NCBI GenBank assembly: GCA_035498835.1
Contig: DATJZU010000158.1
Location: 5,778 to 69,777 of the forward strand
DNA length: 64,000 nucleotides
Direction: 5' to 3'
From: Thermoanaerobaculia bacterium
GTDB lineage: Bacteria > Acidobacteriota > Thermoanaerobaculia > UBA5066 > Gp7-AA6
Shown here piece by piece: positions 17,726 through 26,568 of this stretch. The position numbers and the translations under genes are program-made. How positions within the stretch are numbered: position 1 is the stretch's first letter; every line of letters starts with the position of its first letter. The notes beneath the pieces were generated by a model, which did not search any database, was not told the origin of the DNA, and was given only the letters and a program-made list of their open reading frames with translations.

Positions 17726-18559
17726 CTAGGACCCTTCGAGCCGGAAGGGCAACCCGAGCAGCCGGGAACGCAGCGCCGACGGCGTGACGCCGAAAGCCCG
17801 GCGGAAGAAATGCGTGAAGTGGCTGTGGCTCGCGTAGCCGAGCTCCAGCGCGAGGTCGATCAGTCGCTCGCCGGGATCCGTCACGCGCTCGAGCGACCGG
17901 CGCAGCCGGATCTGGTGCTGGTACTCGGACAGCGTGAGGCCCGTCTGCCGGCGGAAGACGTGGCAGAGATGAAACGCGGAGCAGCCGAGCTCACCCGCGA
18001 GCTGCGCGAGATCGAGCGGGTCTCGCGCGCGCAGAGCGAGGATCGTCTTCGCGTCTTCCGTGAGCTGGGCGTGGCGGGCCTCCGCGCGCTGCCCCGGACG
18101 CTCCCGGCCCGAATGCGCCGCCACGGCGCCCGATACGACGCGGTCGAGGATCCAGACCATGGTCTCCTCGAGATAGAGCCGGTCGGGCTTCTCGGACGTG
18201 GCGGCGTGCAGGAACGCGCGCCTTTGCTCGAGATAGGTGCGCGGATCGCTCGGGCCCCACGCGAACCGGAAGGGCCGCTCGGTCTCGGCCGCGGCAGGGT
18301 CGTACCGCGCGAGCACGTGACGAAGCGTCTCCGGCTCGATCCAGTACCAATCGCTGTCGTCGCCTTCCGGCCAGACGCGCTGGCGCCGGAAGACCTGCCC
18401 CGCGTTGTAGAACGTGACGAGGTTCGGCCCCGAGACAAACGGCGTCGAGCCCTCGTGCTGGATCTTCACGACGGTTCGCGGGAAGACGAAGATCGCGTTG
18501 CGCGTCGGCCCCGAATCGACGAAGAGCGGGTCGTCGGCCGGGCAGCGGAAGGTCGCCAT
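17726..18559 (-). CDS. AraC family transcriptional regulator
   Basis: C-terminal HTH_18 (LAGELGCSAFHLCHVFRRQTGLTLSEYQHQIRLRRSLE ... LGYASHSHFTHFFRRAFGVTPSALR). Start at MATFRCPADD. Confidence 0.8.
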   Translation of the reverse strand: MATFRCPADDPLFVDSGPTRNAIFVFPRTVVKIQHEGSTPFVSGPNLVTFYNAGQVFRRQRVWPEGDDSDWYWIEPETLRHVLARYDPAAAETERPFRFAWGPSDPRTYLEQRRAFLHAATSEKPDRLYLEETMVWILDRVVSGAVAAHSGRERPGQRAEARHAQLTEDAKTILALRARDPLDLAQLAGELGCSAFHLCHVFRRQTGLTLSEYQHQIRLRRSLERVTDPGERLIDLALELGYASHSHFTHFFRRAFGVTPSALRSRLLGLPFRLEGS

Positions 18560-18789
18560 CGCGAGCAGCGGGCTCCGGAACACCAGGTGGTCGACGCGCG
18601 TGATCGCGCGGTCGATCGGGTCGCCGGCCCGCTCTCCCTCCGCGAGGGCCGAAACCGACAGCGACGCCGGCGGAAAAGACCGGATCACTTCCACGGAGGA
18701 AACAGTACTCCTTCGGGGGCGAGTTCGACTATCAAGACGTTGCGCAGCGCCGGCGGGACGGGTTCGGCGGACGGCTTCCCCGGGCATTC

Positions 18790-19497
18790 TCAGACCTCGA
18801 TCGCGCCGCCGACGGCCTTCAAATGCTCCCGGAAGGTGAGGCCCGGACGCGCCGCCCGGCCTTCCAAGAAATCGGCGAAACGAAACTGTTCGGACAGGGT
18901 CCGGCCCTCCCGGACCCGCCGGGCCTGCTCCCTTTCGGTCCGGGCGATCCGCGAGGCCGTCTCGAGGACCTCCGCCGCGCGCAGGCCGTCGAGAAACACG
19001 GCGCCGTCTTCGTCGGCGAACACGAGGTCGCCCGCGCCGACGCTCTCGTCTCCGAAGCGCGCGCGCGTCAACGCGTTCGCCGGCCGCGGGTCGACGCGGC
19101 GGGGACCGACGGGCGTCGCGCCGTAGCTCCACACCGGAGGGCCCAGGGCGGCGAGCTCCGACGTGTCGCGGTGAAGGCCCCAGACGAGGATGCCGGAGAG
19201 TCCCGCGGCCTTCGCCTCGAGCGCGACGAGATCTCCGATGCACGCCTCGTCCGACCGCGCCGCGTTGTCGATGACGAGGACGTCGCCGGGCCGCGCGTCG
19301 ACGAGGGCCTCGAGAAAGACGTCCACGCTGCCGGCGTGCCGCGCGGGCAGCGCGCGTCCCGCGGCGCGAGTCCCGGGCAAGACGGGACGCAGGCCCGGCG
19401 GCGCGAGGCGCGGCGGCATGCCGATCCGCAAGCACGCGTCCGCGAGCGCCGGCGTCGAAAGGGTCGCGAAGGCCTCGGCCGTTTCTCGGGAATCCAC
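18790..19497 (-). CDS. RraA family protein (RNase E regulator / 4-hydroxy-4-methyl-2-oxoglutarate aldolase-like)
   Basis: RraA-like fold motifs (GDVLVIDNAARSDEACIGDLVALEAKAAGLSGILVWGLHRDTSEL). Confidence 0.75.
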   Translation of the reverse strand: MDSRETAEAFATLSTPALADACLRIGMPPRLAPPGLRPVLPGTRAAGRALPARHAGSVDVFLEALVDARPGDVLVIDNAARSDEACIGDLVALEAKAAGLSGILVWGLHRDTSELAALGPPVWSYGATPVGPRRVDPRPANALTRARFGDESVGAGDLVFADEDGAVFLDGLRAAEVLETASRIARTEREQARRVREGRTLSEQFRFADFLEGRAARPGLTFREHLKAVGGAIEV

Positions 19498-19506
19498 GGC
19501 GGCTCC

Positions 19507-20070
19507 TCAGTACAGTCTCTCGGGCAGAAGAGCGTCGATCGCGAGCGGCCGGCCGATCGCGCGGCGGCGCTCGAGAATCTGGGAGAGGTGCCGCTCGCCG
19601 TGGTCCGCGTACAGCTCGAGGAGCTGTCGCAAAGTCACCTCGCCCCACTGCGCGTGGCGGCTCGCGAGGCTCCATGCCGGCTCCGGCGCGCGGGAGAGGA
19701 GCCGCCCCGAGACCGACCGCAGCCGCGCGAAGAGATCGAGCGTCTCGCGGACGAGCGCCTCGTCGAAGCGCGCGTACTCGAGCGCGACGGCGAAACGCTC
19801 CTGATCGTAGGCCGGCAGCGGGCCGCCGGGCTGCGCGAGGGTCAGGCGAAGGCGCAGCGCGCCACAGGTCTCCGAGTCCGCGACGTGGCAGACGATCTCC
19901 TGAATGCTCCACTTCCCGGGAACGATGCGGGCGGAGAGCTCCTCCGGGCCGAGGCCCTCGATCGCGCGCGCGATCCGCGACGGCGCCGCGCCGAAGGCCG
20001 CCAGCAGCCGGTGGGTCGGGATGTCGCGGTAGACGCGGGGAAAGGCTGAAACCGAAGCCGGCGGGGTCAT
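19507..20070 (-). CDS. DinB family protein (DinB_2 four-helix bundle)
   Basis: Conserved His positions of the DinB/YfiT family (WSIQEIVCHVADSE ... YADHGERHLSQI). Confidence 0.75.
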   Translation of the reverse strand: MTPPASVSAFPRVYRDIPTHRLLAAFGAAPSRIARAIEGLGPEELSARIVPGKWSIQEIVCHVADSETCGALRLRLTLAQPGGPLPAYDQERFAVALEYARFDEALVRETLDLFARLRSVSGRLLSRAPEPAWSLASRHAQWGEVTLRQLLELYADHGERHLSQILERRRAIGRPLAIDALLPERLY

Positions 20071-20735
20071 GCGATCTCCCCGGAGGCGGCCGCGAACCGA
20101 CCGACACCCGCGGCGCGCAGCAGACCGAACGCGACGCCCGCCGCCGGATGGCCCTGGCCCTCGACGAGCGCGACCGCGAGCTGCGCGAGGGGCTCGAGGT
20201 ACCGGGCGATGGAGAGCGGGCCCGCGAGGACGGCCTCGAAGCCGAGGCTCTCGATGAACCGGCCGGCGAGATCGTTCGCAGCGGCGTCGTCGCCGCCGTA
20301 GAAGACCGCGGGTCGCGGGCCGCCGAAGCCGCCGGGATTCTCGACGACCTCCGCATAGACGTGGTTGAACGCCTTCACGACGCGGGCGCGCGGCACGGCG
20401 CGCGCGATCTCCTCCGCGCCGGACGTGTCATGCCCGAGGACGAGCGAAAGGCCGTCGGGCGCCGCCGGGTTCGTCGTATCGAGGAGAATGCCGCCCGTCC
20501 CCGATCCCGCGACCGCGCGCAGCGCGTGGGGCCACCGCATCGCGAGGAGCGCGAGATCGCCGTACGCGAGGGCCTCGGCGTAGGTGCCCGCGGATGCGGC
20601 CGGCCCGGCCTCGCGCGCGGCGTCGAGGGCGTTCGAAGGCCGCCGCGACCCGAACAGGACCTCGTGGCCGCGCGATGCGGCGCGGCGCCCGAGCGCCCGT
20701 CCCATCCGGCCGCATCCGAGGACCCCGAGCTTCAC
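20067..20735 (-). CDS. NADP oxidoreductase, coenzyme F420-dependent family (NPD-like)
   Basis: Rossmann motif KLGVLGCGRMGRALG. Overlaps the DinB start by 4 nt. Confidence 0.75.
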   Translation of the reverse strand: MKLGVLGCGRMGRALGRRAASRGHEVLFGSRRPSNALDAAREAGPAASAGTYAEALAYGDLALLAMRWPHALRAVAGSGTGGILLDTTNPAAPDGLSLVLGHDTSGAEEIARAVPRARVVKAFNHVYAEVVENPGGFGGPRPAVFYGGDDAAANDLAGRFIESLGFEAVLAGPLSIARYLEPLAQLAVALVEGQGHPAAGVAFGLLRAAGVGRFAAASGEIA

Positions 20736-20744
20736 GATGCCAAG

Positions 20745-20790
20745 CTAGCGCCGCGTCTACTTCAAAACAATCTCTTTGTATTCAACGTAT
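20745..20790. promoter_or_regulatory. AT-rich divergent promoter region with palindrome ACAAtctctTTGT (candidate LysR box) between the F420-type reductase and LysR genes
   Basis: A roughly 45-nt stretch of about 30% GC in a genome of about 70% GC, containing a dyad. Confidence 0.3.
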
Positions 20791-20792
20791 CC

Positions 20793-21764
20793 ATGAGCTA
20801 TGTTCATCGAAATGGACTGCGGCCGGAGGCGCCCGTGACCCTCGAAGTGCGTCATCTCCGGCTCGTCCTCGCCGTCTGCGAGGAGGGCTCGCTGACGGCG
20901 GCCGCGCGGCGACTGCACCTGACGCCCTCGGCCCTCTCCCATCAGCTCCGCGACGTCGAGTCCGCGACCGGCCAGCCCCTCTTCCTGCGCGAGGGCCGGC
21001 GGATGCGGCCGACGGCCGTCGGCGAGCGGCTCCGGCAATCGGCCGAGCGCGTTCTTTCCGAGCTCGACGCGGCCGAGCGCGAGATGCGGGACGGCGAGCC
21101 GCGCCTCGAGGGCTCGCTCCGCATCGCCACCGAGTGCAACACCTGTTATCACTGGCTCCCGGCGGCCCTCGAAGCCTTTCAGCGGCGCTATCCGGGCATT
21201 GGAATCGACATCGTCGTCGAGGCGACGCGCGAGCCGATCCCCGCGCTTCTGGACGGGCGGATCGACATCGGCATCGTGACCGACCCGGTGAAGGGCCTGC
21301 GGATCGAGACGCAGCCCCTCTTCGAAGACGAGCTCGTCGCGGTGCTGTCCTCGGACCACCCGATGCGGAAAGCGCCCTATCTCTCGGCCGAGCATCTCGC
21401 GGCCGGCACGGTCATCACATACGCCGCGCCGAAGGAAGAGCTCACGATCTTCCGAGACGTCCTGAAGCCCGCCGGCCTGCGGCCGCGCCGCTGGCTCCCC
21501 ATGCAGCTGACCGAAGCGATGGCCGAGATGGCGCGCGCGGGCCAGGGGATCGCCATCATGGCGCGCTGGGCGGCGCAACCGTACGTGAAACGCGGCGGCC
21601 TCGCCGTGAAGAGCGTCACCCGCCGTGGTCTTCCGCGGCAGTGGCGGGCGGCCTGGCTGCGCCGCCGGGCGCAGCCGCCCTACCTGGCGGAGTTCGTGCG
21701 TGTCCTCTCGCGGACGTCGAATCCGACGGTCGCGGCTCTTTCGCGCAGCGGGACACTCGGTTAG
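20793..21764 (+). CDS. LysR family transcriptional regulator
   Basis: N-terminal HTH (LEVRHLRLVLAVCEEGSLTAAARRLHLTPSALSHQLRDVE) plus a LysR substrate-binding domain. Confidence 0.85.
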   Translation: MSYVHRNGLRPEAPVTLEVRHLRLVLAVCEEGSLTAAARRLHLTPSALSHQLRDVESATGQPLFLREGRRMRPTAVGERLRQSAERVLSELDAAEREMRDGEPRLEGSLRIATECNTCYHWLPAALEAFQRRYPGIGIDIVVEATREPIPALLDGRIDIGIVTDPVKGLRIETQPLFEDELVAVLSSDHPMRKAPYLSAEHLAAGTVITYAAPKEELTIFRDVLKPAGLRPRRWLPMQLTEAMAEMARAGQGIAIMARWAAQPYVKRGGLAVKSVTRRGLPRQWRAAWLRRRAQPPYLAEFVRVLSRTSNPTVAALSRSGTLG

Positions 21765-21825
21765 GGCTAGCGGCGCGGCCCCGGATGGCCTGCTTCTTGC
21801 TCCTTCCCCGGAGCGAGGAGTCGTC

Positions 21826-22587
21826 ATGGAACCCGTCGTCGGAATCTTCACGACCCGGAGCGCCGCAGGCCGCGCGGCGAGATCGCTGCGAAAGGCCGGT
21901 TTCTCGGAGGATCAGGTGCAGTTTCTGCTGCCGGAAGCGGGCGACCGCGAGATCGCGGAGATCCCGACCGAGGAGACGGAAGCGGGTGGTGTCGCGCCGG
22001 CGCTCGGCGCCGTCGTCGGCGGGGCCGCGGGCGGAGCGCTCGGCCTCGGCCTCGGCGCGGCCGCTGCGAGCGTGCTGGTGCCGGGGGCGGGCATGGTGAC
22101 CGCCGTCGGACTCCTGGCGGCCGGACTCTTCGGTGCGGGCGGAGCCGTCGGCGGTGCCGCCGTGGCGGAGAAGCTCGAGGAGGAGAGCATGCGCGGGCTC
22201 CCGCGCGACGAGATCTACCTGTACGAGGACGCCCTCTCTCTCGGGCACACGATCGTCTTCGCGCTGCCGGAGAACGCGTCCCAGAGCCATGCCGCGCGAG
22301 CCATCTTCGACTCCGGGGGCGCCGAATCGGTCGACGCGGCCCGCGAGCGCTGGTGGATCGGCCTGCGCGAAGCGGAGAAGACGCACTACGAGGAGACGAC
22401 GCCGGGCTTCGACGAGGTCGAGGAATCCTATCGGCGGGGCTTCGTCGCGGGCCTGCATCCCGACGCCGAAGAGTCCGCCGCGCAGAGCGGCGCGGACGTC
22501 CCCGACCCGGAGGCCTATCGCCGCGGCCATGCCCGCGGACGCGAGCGCCGCGCCGCGGCCGCGGAAGTCCCGGCCGGGAGGGTCTAG
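21826..22587 (+). CDS. hypothetical protein with central glycine-zipper/Gly-Ala-rich hydrophobic segment (general-stress-like)
   Basis: GAGGAG ribosome-binding site 6 nt before the ATG. Low-complexity GxxxG segment GAVVGGAAGGALGLGLGAAAASVLVPGAGMVTAVGLLAAGLFGAGGAVGGAAVA flanked by acidic regions. Confidence 0.5.
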   Translation: MEPVVGIFTTRSAAGRAARSLRKAGFSEDQVQFLLPEAGDREIAEIPTEETEAGGVAPALGAVVGGAAGGALGLGLGAAAASVLVPGAGMVTAVGLLAAGLFGAGGAVGGAAVAEKLEEESMRGLPRDEIYLYEDALSLGHTIVFALPENASQSHAARAIFDSGGAESVDAARERWWIGLREAEKTHYEETTPGFDEVEESYRRGFVAGLHPDAEESAAQSGADVPDPEAYRRGHARGRERRAAAAEVPAGRV

Positions 22588-22594
22588 CGCCCGC

Positions 22595-22959
22595 TCAGAT
22601 CCGGTCGAGCACGGCGACGGTCCGGTCGCTCTTCGCGTCCCCGGTGTTCAACGTCGTCCGCGGCTCGAAGAGCACGACCTGCGCCTCTTCGCGGGCCGAC
22701 GGCTTGTGCTCCACCCCGCGCGGCACGACGACGAACTCGCCCGGATCGAGGACGACGTCTCCGTCGCGGAAATGGATCGTGAGGCGCCCCCCGACGCACA
22801 GGAACATCTCGTCCTCCGCGTCGTGCTTGTGCCAGACGAAGTCTCCCTGCAGCTTGACGAGCTTGACCAGATGGTCGTTGACGTCCGCCACGATCTTCGG
22901 CTTCCACTGGTCCGAAAAGAGCCCGAGCTTCTGCGACAGGTTGACCTTCTCGACTCTCA
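22595..22959 (-). CDS. cupin domain protein
   Basis: Cupin motifs (GDFVWHKHDAEDEMFLCVGGRL ... PGEFVVVPRGVEHKP). Confidence 0.7.
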
Positions 22960-23475
22960 TGTCGTCTCCTCCTCGATCGGCAGACTTCGCGCGCGGACCT
23001 CCTCGGACGTCAGACCGTAGAGCGGAGGCGTCTCGACCCCGAGCATCGCGAGCGACAGGTAGATCTGTCCCCGGTGGTGCACCTCGTGCTCGACCATGAG
23101 CCGCAGCCACTTGCCGACACCGATCTCGGCGCCGCCCGGCGTCACGCACCGCGCGGCGAGGTCGGCGTCCGAGAGACCGCGGAAGATCTCCATGGACTCG
23201 GCGTGGAGGCGCTCGAAGTAATCGCGCACCGCCCGCAGCCCGCTCGCGAGCTCCCGCGCGTGCCCGGGATAACGCGACGGGCGCCGCATCGCGTTCTCGG
23301 CGTACATCCATCGCTCGATCCCGGCGAGGTGCCGCACGGAGTCGCCGAGCGTGAAGCGGCCCGGCTTCCAGCTCCACTCGAGGTGTTCCTCGGGAATGCG
23401 GTCCACGACGCGGCGCGTGCGTCCTCGCACCTTCTCCCAGTAGTCGAGCAACGGCGCGACGCGGGTCGGCTCCAT
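22957..23475 (-). CDS. DinB family protein
   Basis: DinB_2-like (LGDSVRHLAGIERWMYAE ... MVEHEVHHRGQIYLSLAMLG). Confidence 0.75.
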   Translation of the reverse strand: MEPTRVAPLLDYWEKVRGRTRRVVDRIPEEHLEWSWKPGRFTLGDSVRHLAGIERWMYAENAMRRPSRYPGHARELASGLRAVRDYFERLHAESMEIFRGLSDADLAARCVTPGGAEIGVGKWLRLMVEHEVHHRGQIYLSLAMLGVETPPLYGLTSEEVRARSLPIEEETT

Positions 23476-23479
23476 CGAA

Positions 23480-24448
23480 CTAAGCGCTCCCGCCGGCCAC
23501 GCGCCGCAGGACGTCCTCGGCCTCGGCCACGACGCGCCGCACGATCTCTCCGGCCGGCTCGATCGCGTCGATCAGGCCCGCGTCCTGCCCCAGGAAGAGC
23601 GGCGCGTATGACCGGTCGCCGGCCTCGAACGCGCGCCGCATGCGCGCCCCGACCTCCGCGCGCCGGGCGCGCAGCTCCCCTTCCCGGCCGCTCCATTCCT
23701 CGATCAGCCGGTTGCGCGCGACGCGGGAGAACGCGCCGGGCCAGACGCGCGCGTTGGCGATGTCCGGGATCTCCGTCAGGAGCGTGTCGTGGCCGTCGCT
23801 GTCGAGAATCGCCTGCTTGTACGCCGCGGCAATCGGCGCCTCCGGCGTCGCGAGGAACCGCGTCCCGAGGAGCGCGCCCTCGGCGCCGAGCGCCAGCGCC
23901 GCCGCGAGACCCGCTCCCGTCGCGATCCCGCCGGCCGCGAGCACGGGGACCGGCGCGACCGCCCGGACCACCTGCGGCACGAGCGCCATCGTTCCCATGA
24001 GACCGACGTGCCCCCCGCCTTCGGTGCCCTGCGCGACGACCGCGTCGGCTCCCGCCCGCGCCGCGCGCCGCGCTTCGCCCACGGTCGCCGCCATGTGGAC
24101 CACCTTCGCGCCGGCCGCATGCGCGCGGGAGAAGAGCGGCTCGAGATCCTGTTCCGGCCACGGCCACGCCGTGGAGAAGACCGGCGGCGCGGCCGCGAGC
24201 ACGGATGCGATCGCCTCCTCGTCGGCGCGGAAGAGGAGCAGGTTCATGCCCCAGGGCTTCCGCGTGCGGGCCCGCATCTCGCGCCCGAGCGCCGCGATGC
24301 GATCGGACGGCAGCCCGGCGCACCCGAGGACCCCGAGCCCGCCGGCCTCCGAGACGGCGGCGGCGAGCTCGCTTCCCGTCGCGCCCCCCATCCCGCCGAG
24401 GACGACGGGATGCGCGACGCCGAAGAGGTCGCAAATCCGCGTGCGCAT
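23480..24448 (-). CDS. nitronate monooxygenase (NMO / 2-nitropropane dioxygenase family)
   Basis: FMN-binding TIM-barrel motifs (HPVVLGGMGGATGSELAAAVSEAGGLGVLG ... VVAQGTEGGGHVG ... VLAAGGIATG). Confidence 0.85.
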   Translation of the reverse strand: MRTRICDLFGVAHPVVLGGMGGATGSELAAAVSEAGGLGVLGCAGLPSDRIAALGREMRARTRKPWGMNLLLFRADEEAIASVLAAAPPVFSTAWPWPEQDLEPLFSRAHAAGAKVVHMAATVGEARRAARAGADAVVAQGTEGGGHVGLMGTMALVPQVVRAVAPVPVLAAGGIATGAGLAAALALGAEGALLGTRFLATPEAPIAAAYKQAILDSDGHDTLLTEIPDIANARVWPGAFSRVARNRLIEEWSGREGELRARRAEVGARMRRAFEAGDRSYAPLFLGQDAGLIDAIEPAGEIVRRVVAEAEDVLRRVAGGSA

Positions 24449-24459
24449 CGCTTCGCCGC

Positions 24460-25575
24460 CTAGTTCGGGAACGCCGACGGGTCGAGCCCCGGGATCACCC
24501 CGAGCGCGTTCTTGTAGTAGAGCTTCTTCAGCACGTCGTCCGGCAGGTCGAGTCCGTACATCTTCCAGAACGCGTGCCGCTTGCGGTAGTAGTCGAAATA
24601 TTCGTCGGAAGTCTCGAGCACGCGGAAATACACCGGATACTCCGACGCCTCCCAGACGTCCTTGCCGAACATCACGCGGTCCTGGTACCGCACGAACCAG
24701 TCGTGCGCGAACCGGGGCTGCCGCCCGAGCTCCGCGAGCACGGCGCCGATCTCGGAATAGACGTTCGGGAGCGCGTCGAAGAGGCGGCCGAGCCGCGCCA
24801 GGTCTCCGCCGAGCCATCCGAGGTGCGCGTCGATGAACTTCGTCCGGGGATGCTTCGCGAAGAGCCGGTGCTGCTCGGCGATGAGCTGCTCCCAGGGCGG
24901 ATACCGGTCGGGCGGCCGTGCGCGTTGCGGGAACTGCTTCAGCTCGAGCCACCGCTCGTTGAAGCGGTCCTGCGGGTCGAAGAAAGACCTCGGCTCCGCC
25001 GTGTGGATGAGCACCGGAATGCCGAGCGCCGCGCACTTCTCGAAGACGGCGTCCAGGCGCGGGTCGTCGACGGAGACGCGCTTGCCCTGACGGTCCTTCA
25101 CCGTCATGCCGAAGTTCTTGAAGATCTTGAGGCCGGAGGCGCCGTGCTTCACGTCCTCGGCGAGCTGCGCCGCCGCGCGGTCGCCCCATCCCGGATCGTC
25201 GATGCCCGAGAAGTCCAGGTTGGCGAAGACGGCGAAACGTTTCGGGTAGCGCCCCTTCAGGCTCGCGACGCCGCGCTCGAGCTCGGCGCCCTGCCCGCCC
25301 GAGAGGTTGACCATGATCTGCAGGTTGATCGAGTCCATCTCGCGCACCATCTTCGCGACGGCCTCCGCCGAGAGGTCCGTGTCCTGGTGGTTGTGGACGT
25401 CGATGAAGGGATACCGAGCCCGCGGCACCGGATGCTGCGGGACGACGAGCGTGGATTTCGGCTCGTAGTCCTCGATCGACATGGTCGAAGAGGAGGAGGT
25501 CTGCGCCGAAATGGACCGCGCGAGAAGCAGCGCCGCACCGAGTGCGAGCCTCCCGAAGCGTCTGGGTAGAGTCAT
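24460..25575 (-). CDS. amidohydrolase family protein (Amidohydro_2), secreted
   Basis: Signal peptide, metal-binding HxH (FIDVHNHQD), and TIM-barrel hydrolase features. Confidence 0.75.
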   Translation of the reverse strand: MTLPRRFGRLALGAALLLARSISAQTSSSSTMSIEDYEPKSTLVVPQHPVPRARYPFIDVHNHQDTDLSAEAVAKMVREMDSINLQIMVNLSGGQGAELERGVASLKGRYPKRFAVFANLDFSGIDDPGWGDRAAAQLAEDVKHGASGLKIFKNFGMTVKDRQGKRVSVDDPRLDAVFEKCAALGIPVLIHTAEPRSFFDPQDRFNERWLELKQFPQRARPPDRYPPWEQLIAEQHRLFAKHPRTKFIDAHLGWLGGDLARLGRLFDALPNVYSEIGAVLAELGRQPRFAHDWFVRYQDRVMFGKDVWEASEYPVYFRVLETSDEYFDYYRKRHAFWKMYGLDLPDDVLKKLYYKNALGVIPGLDPSAFPN

Positions 25576-25689
25576 CACGGAAGACTACGTCCGAAAGCGT
25601 TGCGGGGTTGCACGCTCGTCCCGGGAAGGATCGGTCCACCCGCCGCCGGAGTGGCCCTTCCGGCGACGCGGCGCTTGCCGTAAAAGGGA

Positions 25690-26499
25690 GTGATGAGCTC
25701 TCGTCTCTTCGTCGTCGACGCGTTCACGGACCGCCCGTTCGCCGGAAATCCCGCCGGAGTCTGCGTGCTCGCGCAAGATCGTGATGACCGGTGGCTCCAG
25801 AACGTGGCTCGGGAGATGAACCTCTCCGAGACGGCCTTTCTGTGGGGCGGCCCGCGCGCCTGGAGACTGCGGTGGTTCACGCCGACCGTCGAGATCGATC
25901 TCTGCGGCCACGCGACGCTCGCGTCGGCGCACGCGATCTGGGAGTCGGGCCTGGCGGATCCCGGCGCGCCCCTCACCTTCGCGACGAAGAGCGGCGAGCT
26001 GCGTGCCGACGGGCGGCCGGGCGCGATCGAGATGGACTTCCCGGCCGTGCCCGCCGTTTCTGCGGCGCCGCCTGCGGGACTGCTCGAGGCGCTCGGGGTC
26101 GGCGCCGGGCAGTGCCGGTACACGGGCCGCAACCGGATCGACTCGCTCCTCGAGATCGACTCCGAGTCCGCGCTGCGGGCGCTGGCGCCCGATTTTCGCA
26201 AGCTGGCCGCGGCCACCCGGCCGGATCGCGGCGTCATCGTCACGGTGCGCTCCGAGTCGCCCTCCTGCGACTTCGTCTCCCGCTTCTTCGCTCCCGCCGC
26301 CGGGATCGACGAGGATCCGGTGACGGGCTCGGCGCATTGCTGCCTCGGCCCGTACTGGGCCGGGCGGCTCGGCAGGACGAATCTGACGGGGTATCAGGCC
26401 TCGGCCCGCGGCGGGACGGTGGGCGTTGCCGTGGGCTCGAACGGCCGGGTCACCCTGTCCGGCGCCGCGGTCACGGTCTCGCGGGGCGAGCTCGTCTAG
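25690..26499 (+). CDS. PhzF family phenazine-biosynthesis-like isomerase
   Basis: PhzF hallmarks (VVDAFTDRPFAGNPAGV ... NLSETAFL ... DPVTGSAHCCLGPYWA). Confidence 0.85.
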   Translation: MMSSRLFVVDAFTDRPFAGNPAGVCVLAQDRDDRWLQNVAREMNLSETAFLWGGPRAWRLRWFTPTVEIDLCGHATLASAHAIWESGLADPGAPLTFATKSGELRADGRPGAIEMDFPAVPAVSAAPPAGLLEALGVGAGQCRYTGRNRIDSLLEIDSESALRALAPDFRKLAAATRPDRGVIVTVRSESPSCDFVSRFFAPAAGIDEDPVTGSAHCCLGPYWAGRLGRTNLTGYQASARGGTVGVAVGSNGRVTLSGAAVTVSRGELV

Positions 26500-26568
26500 A
26501 GTCCGTCGCCTCACCGGCGCCGCGGCGTTCCGCGCGAGCCGCATAGAATCTGGCGCCCGGGAGGCGCC

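Noticed and set aside
26540-26568. Second sigma-54 promoter candidate (TGGCGC-N5-AGGCG) upstream of the amidohydrolase gene
   Set aside because: The GG/GC spacing is right, but the -12 element lacks TTGC. This is too weak to call.
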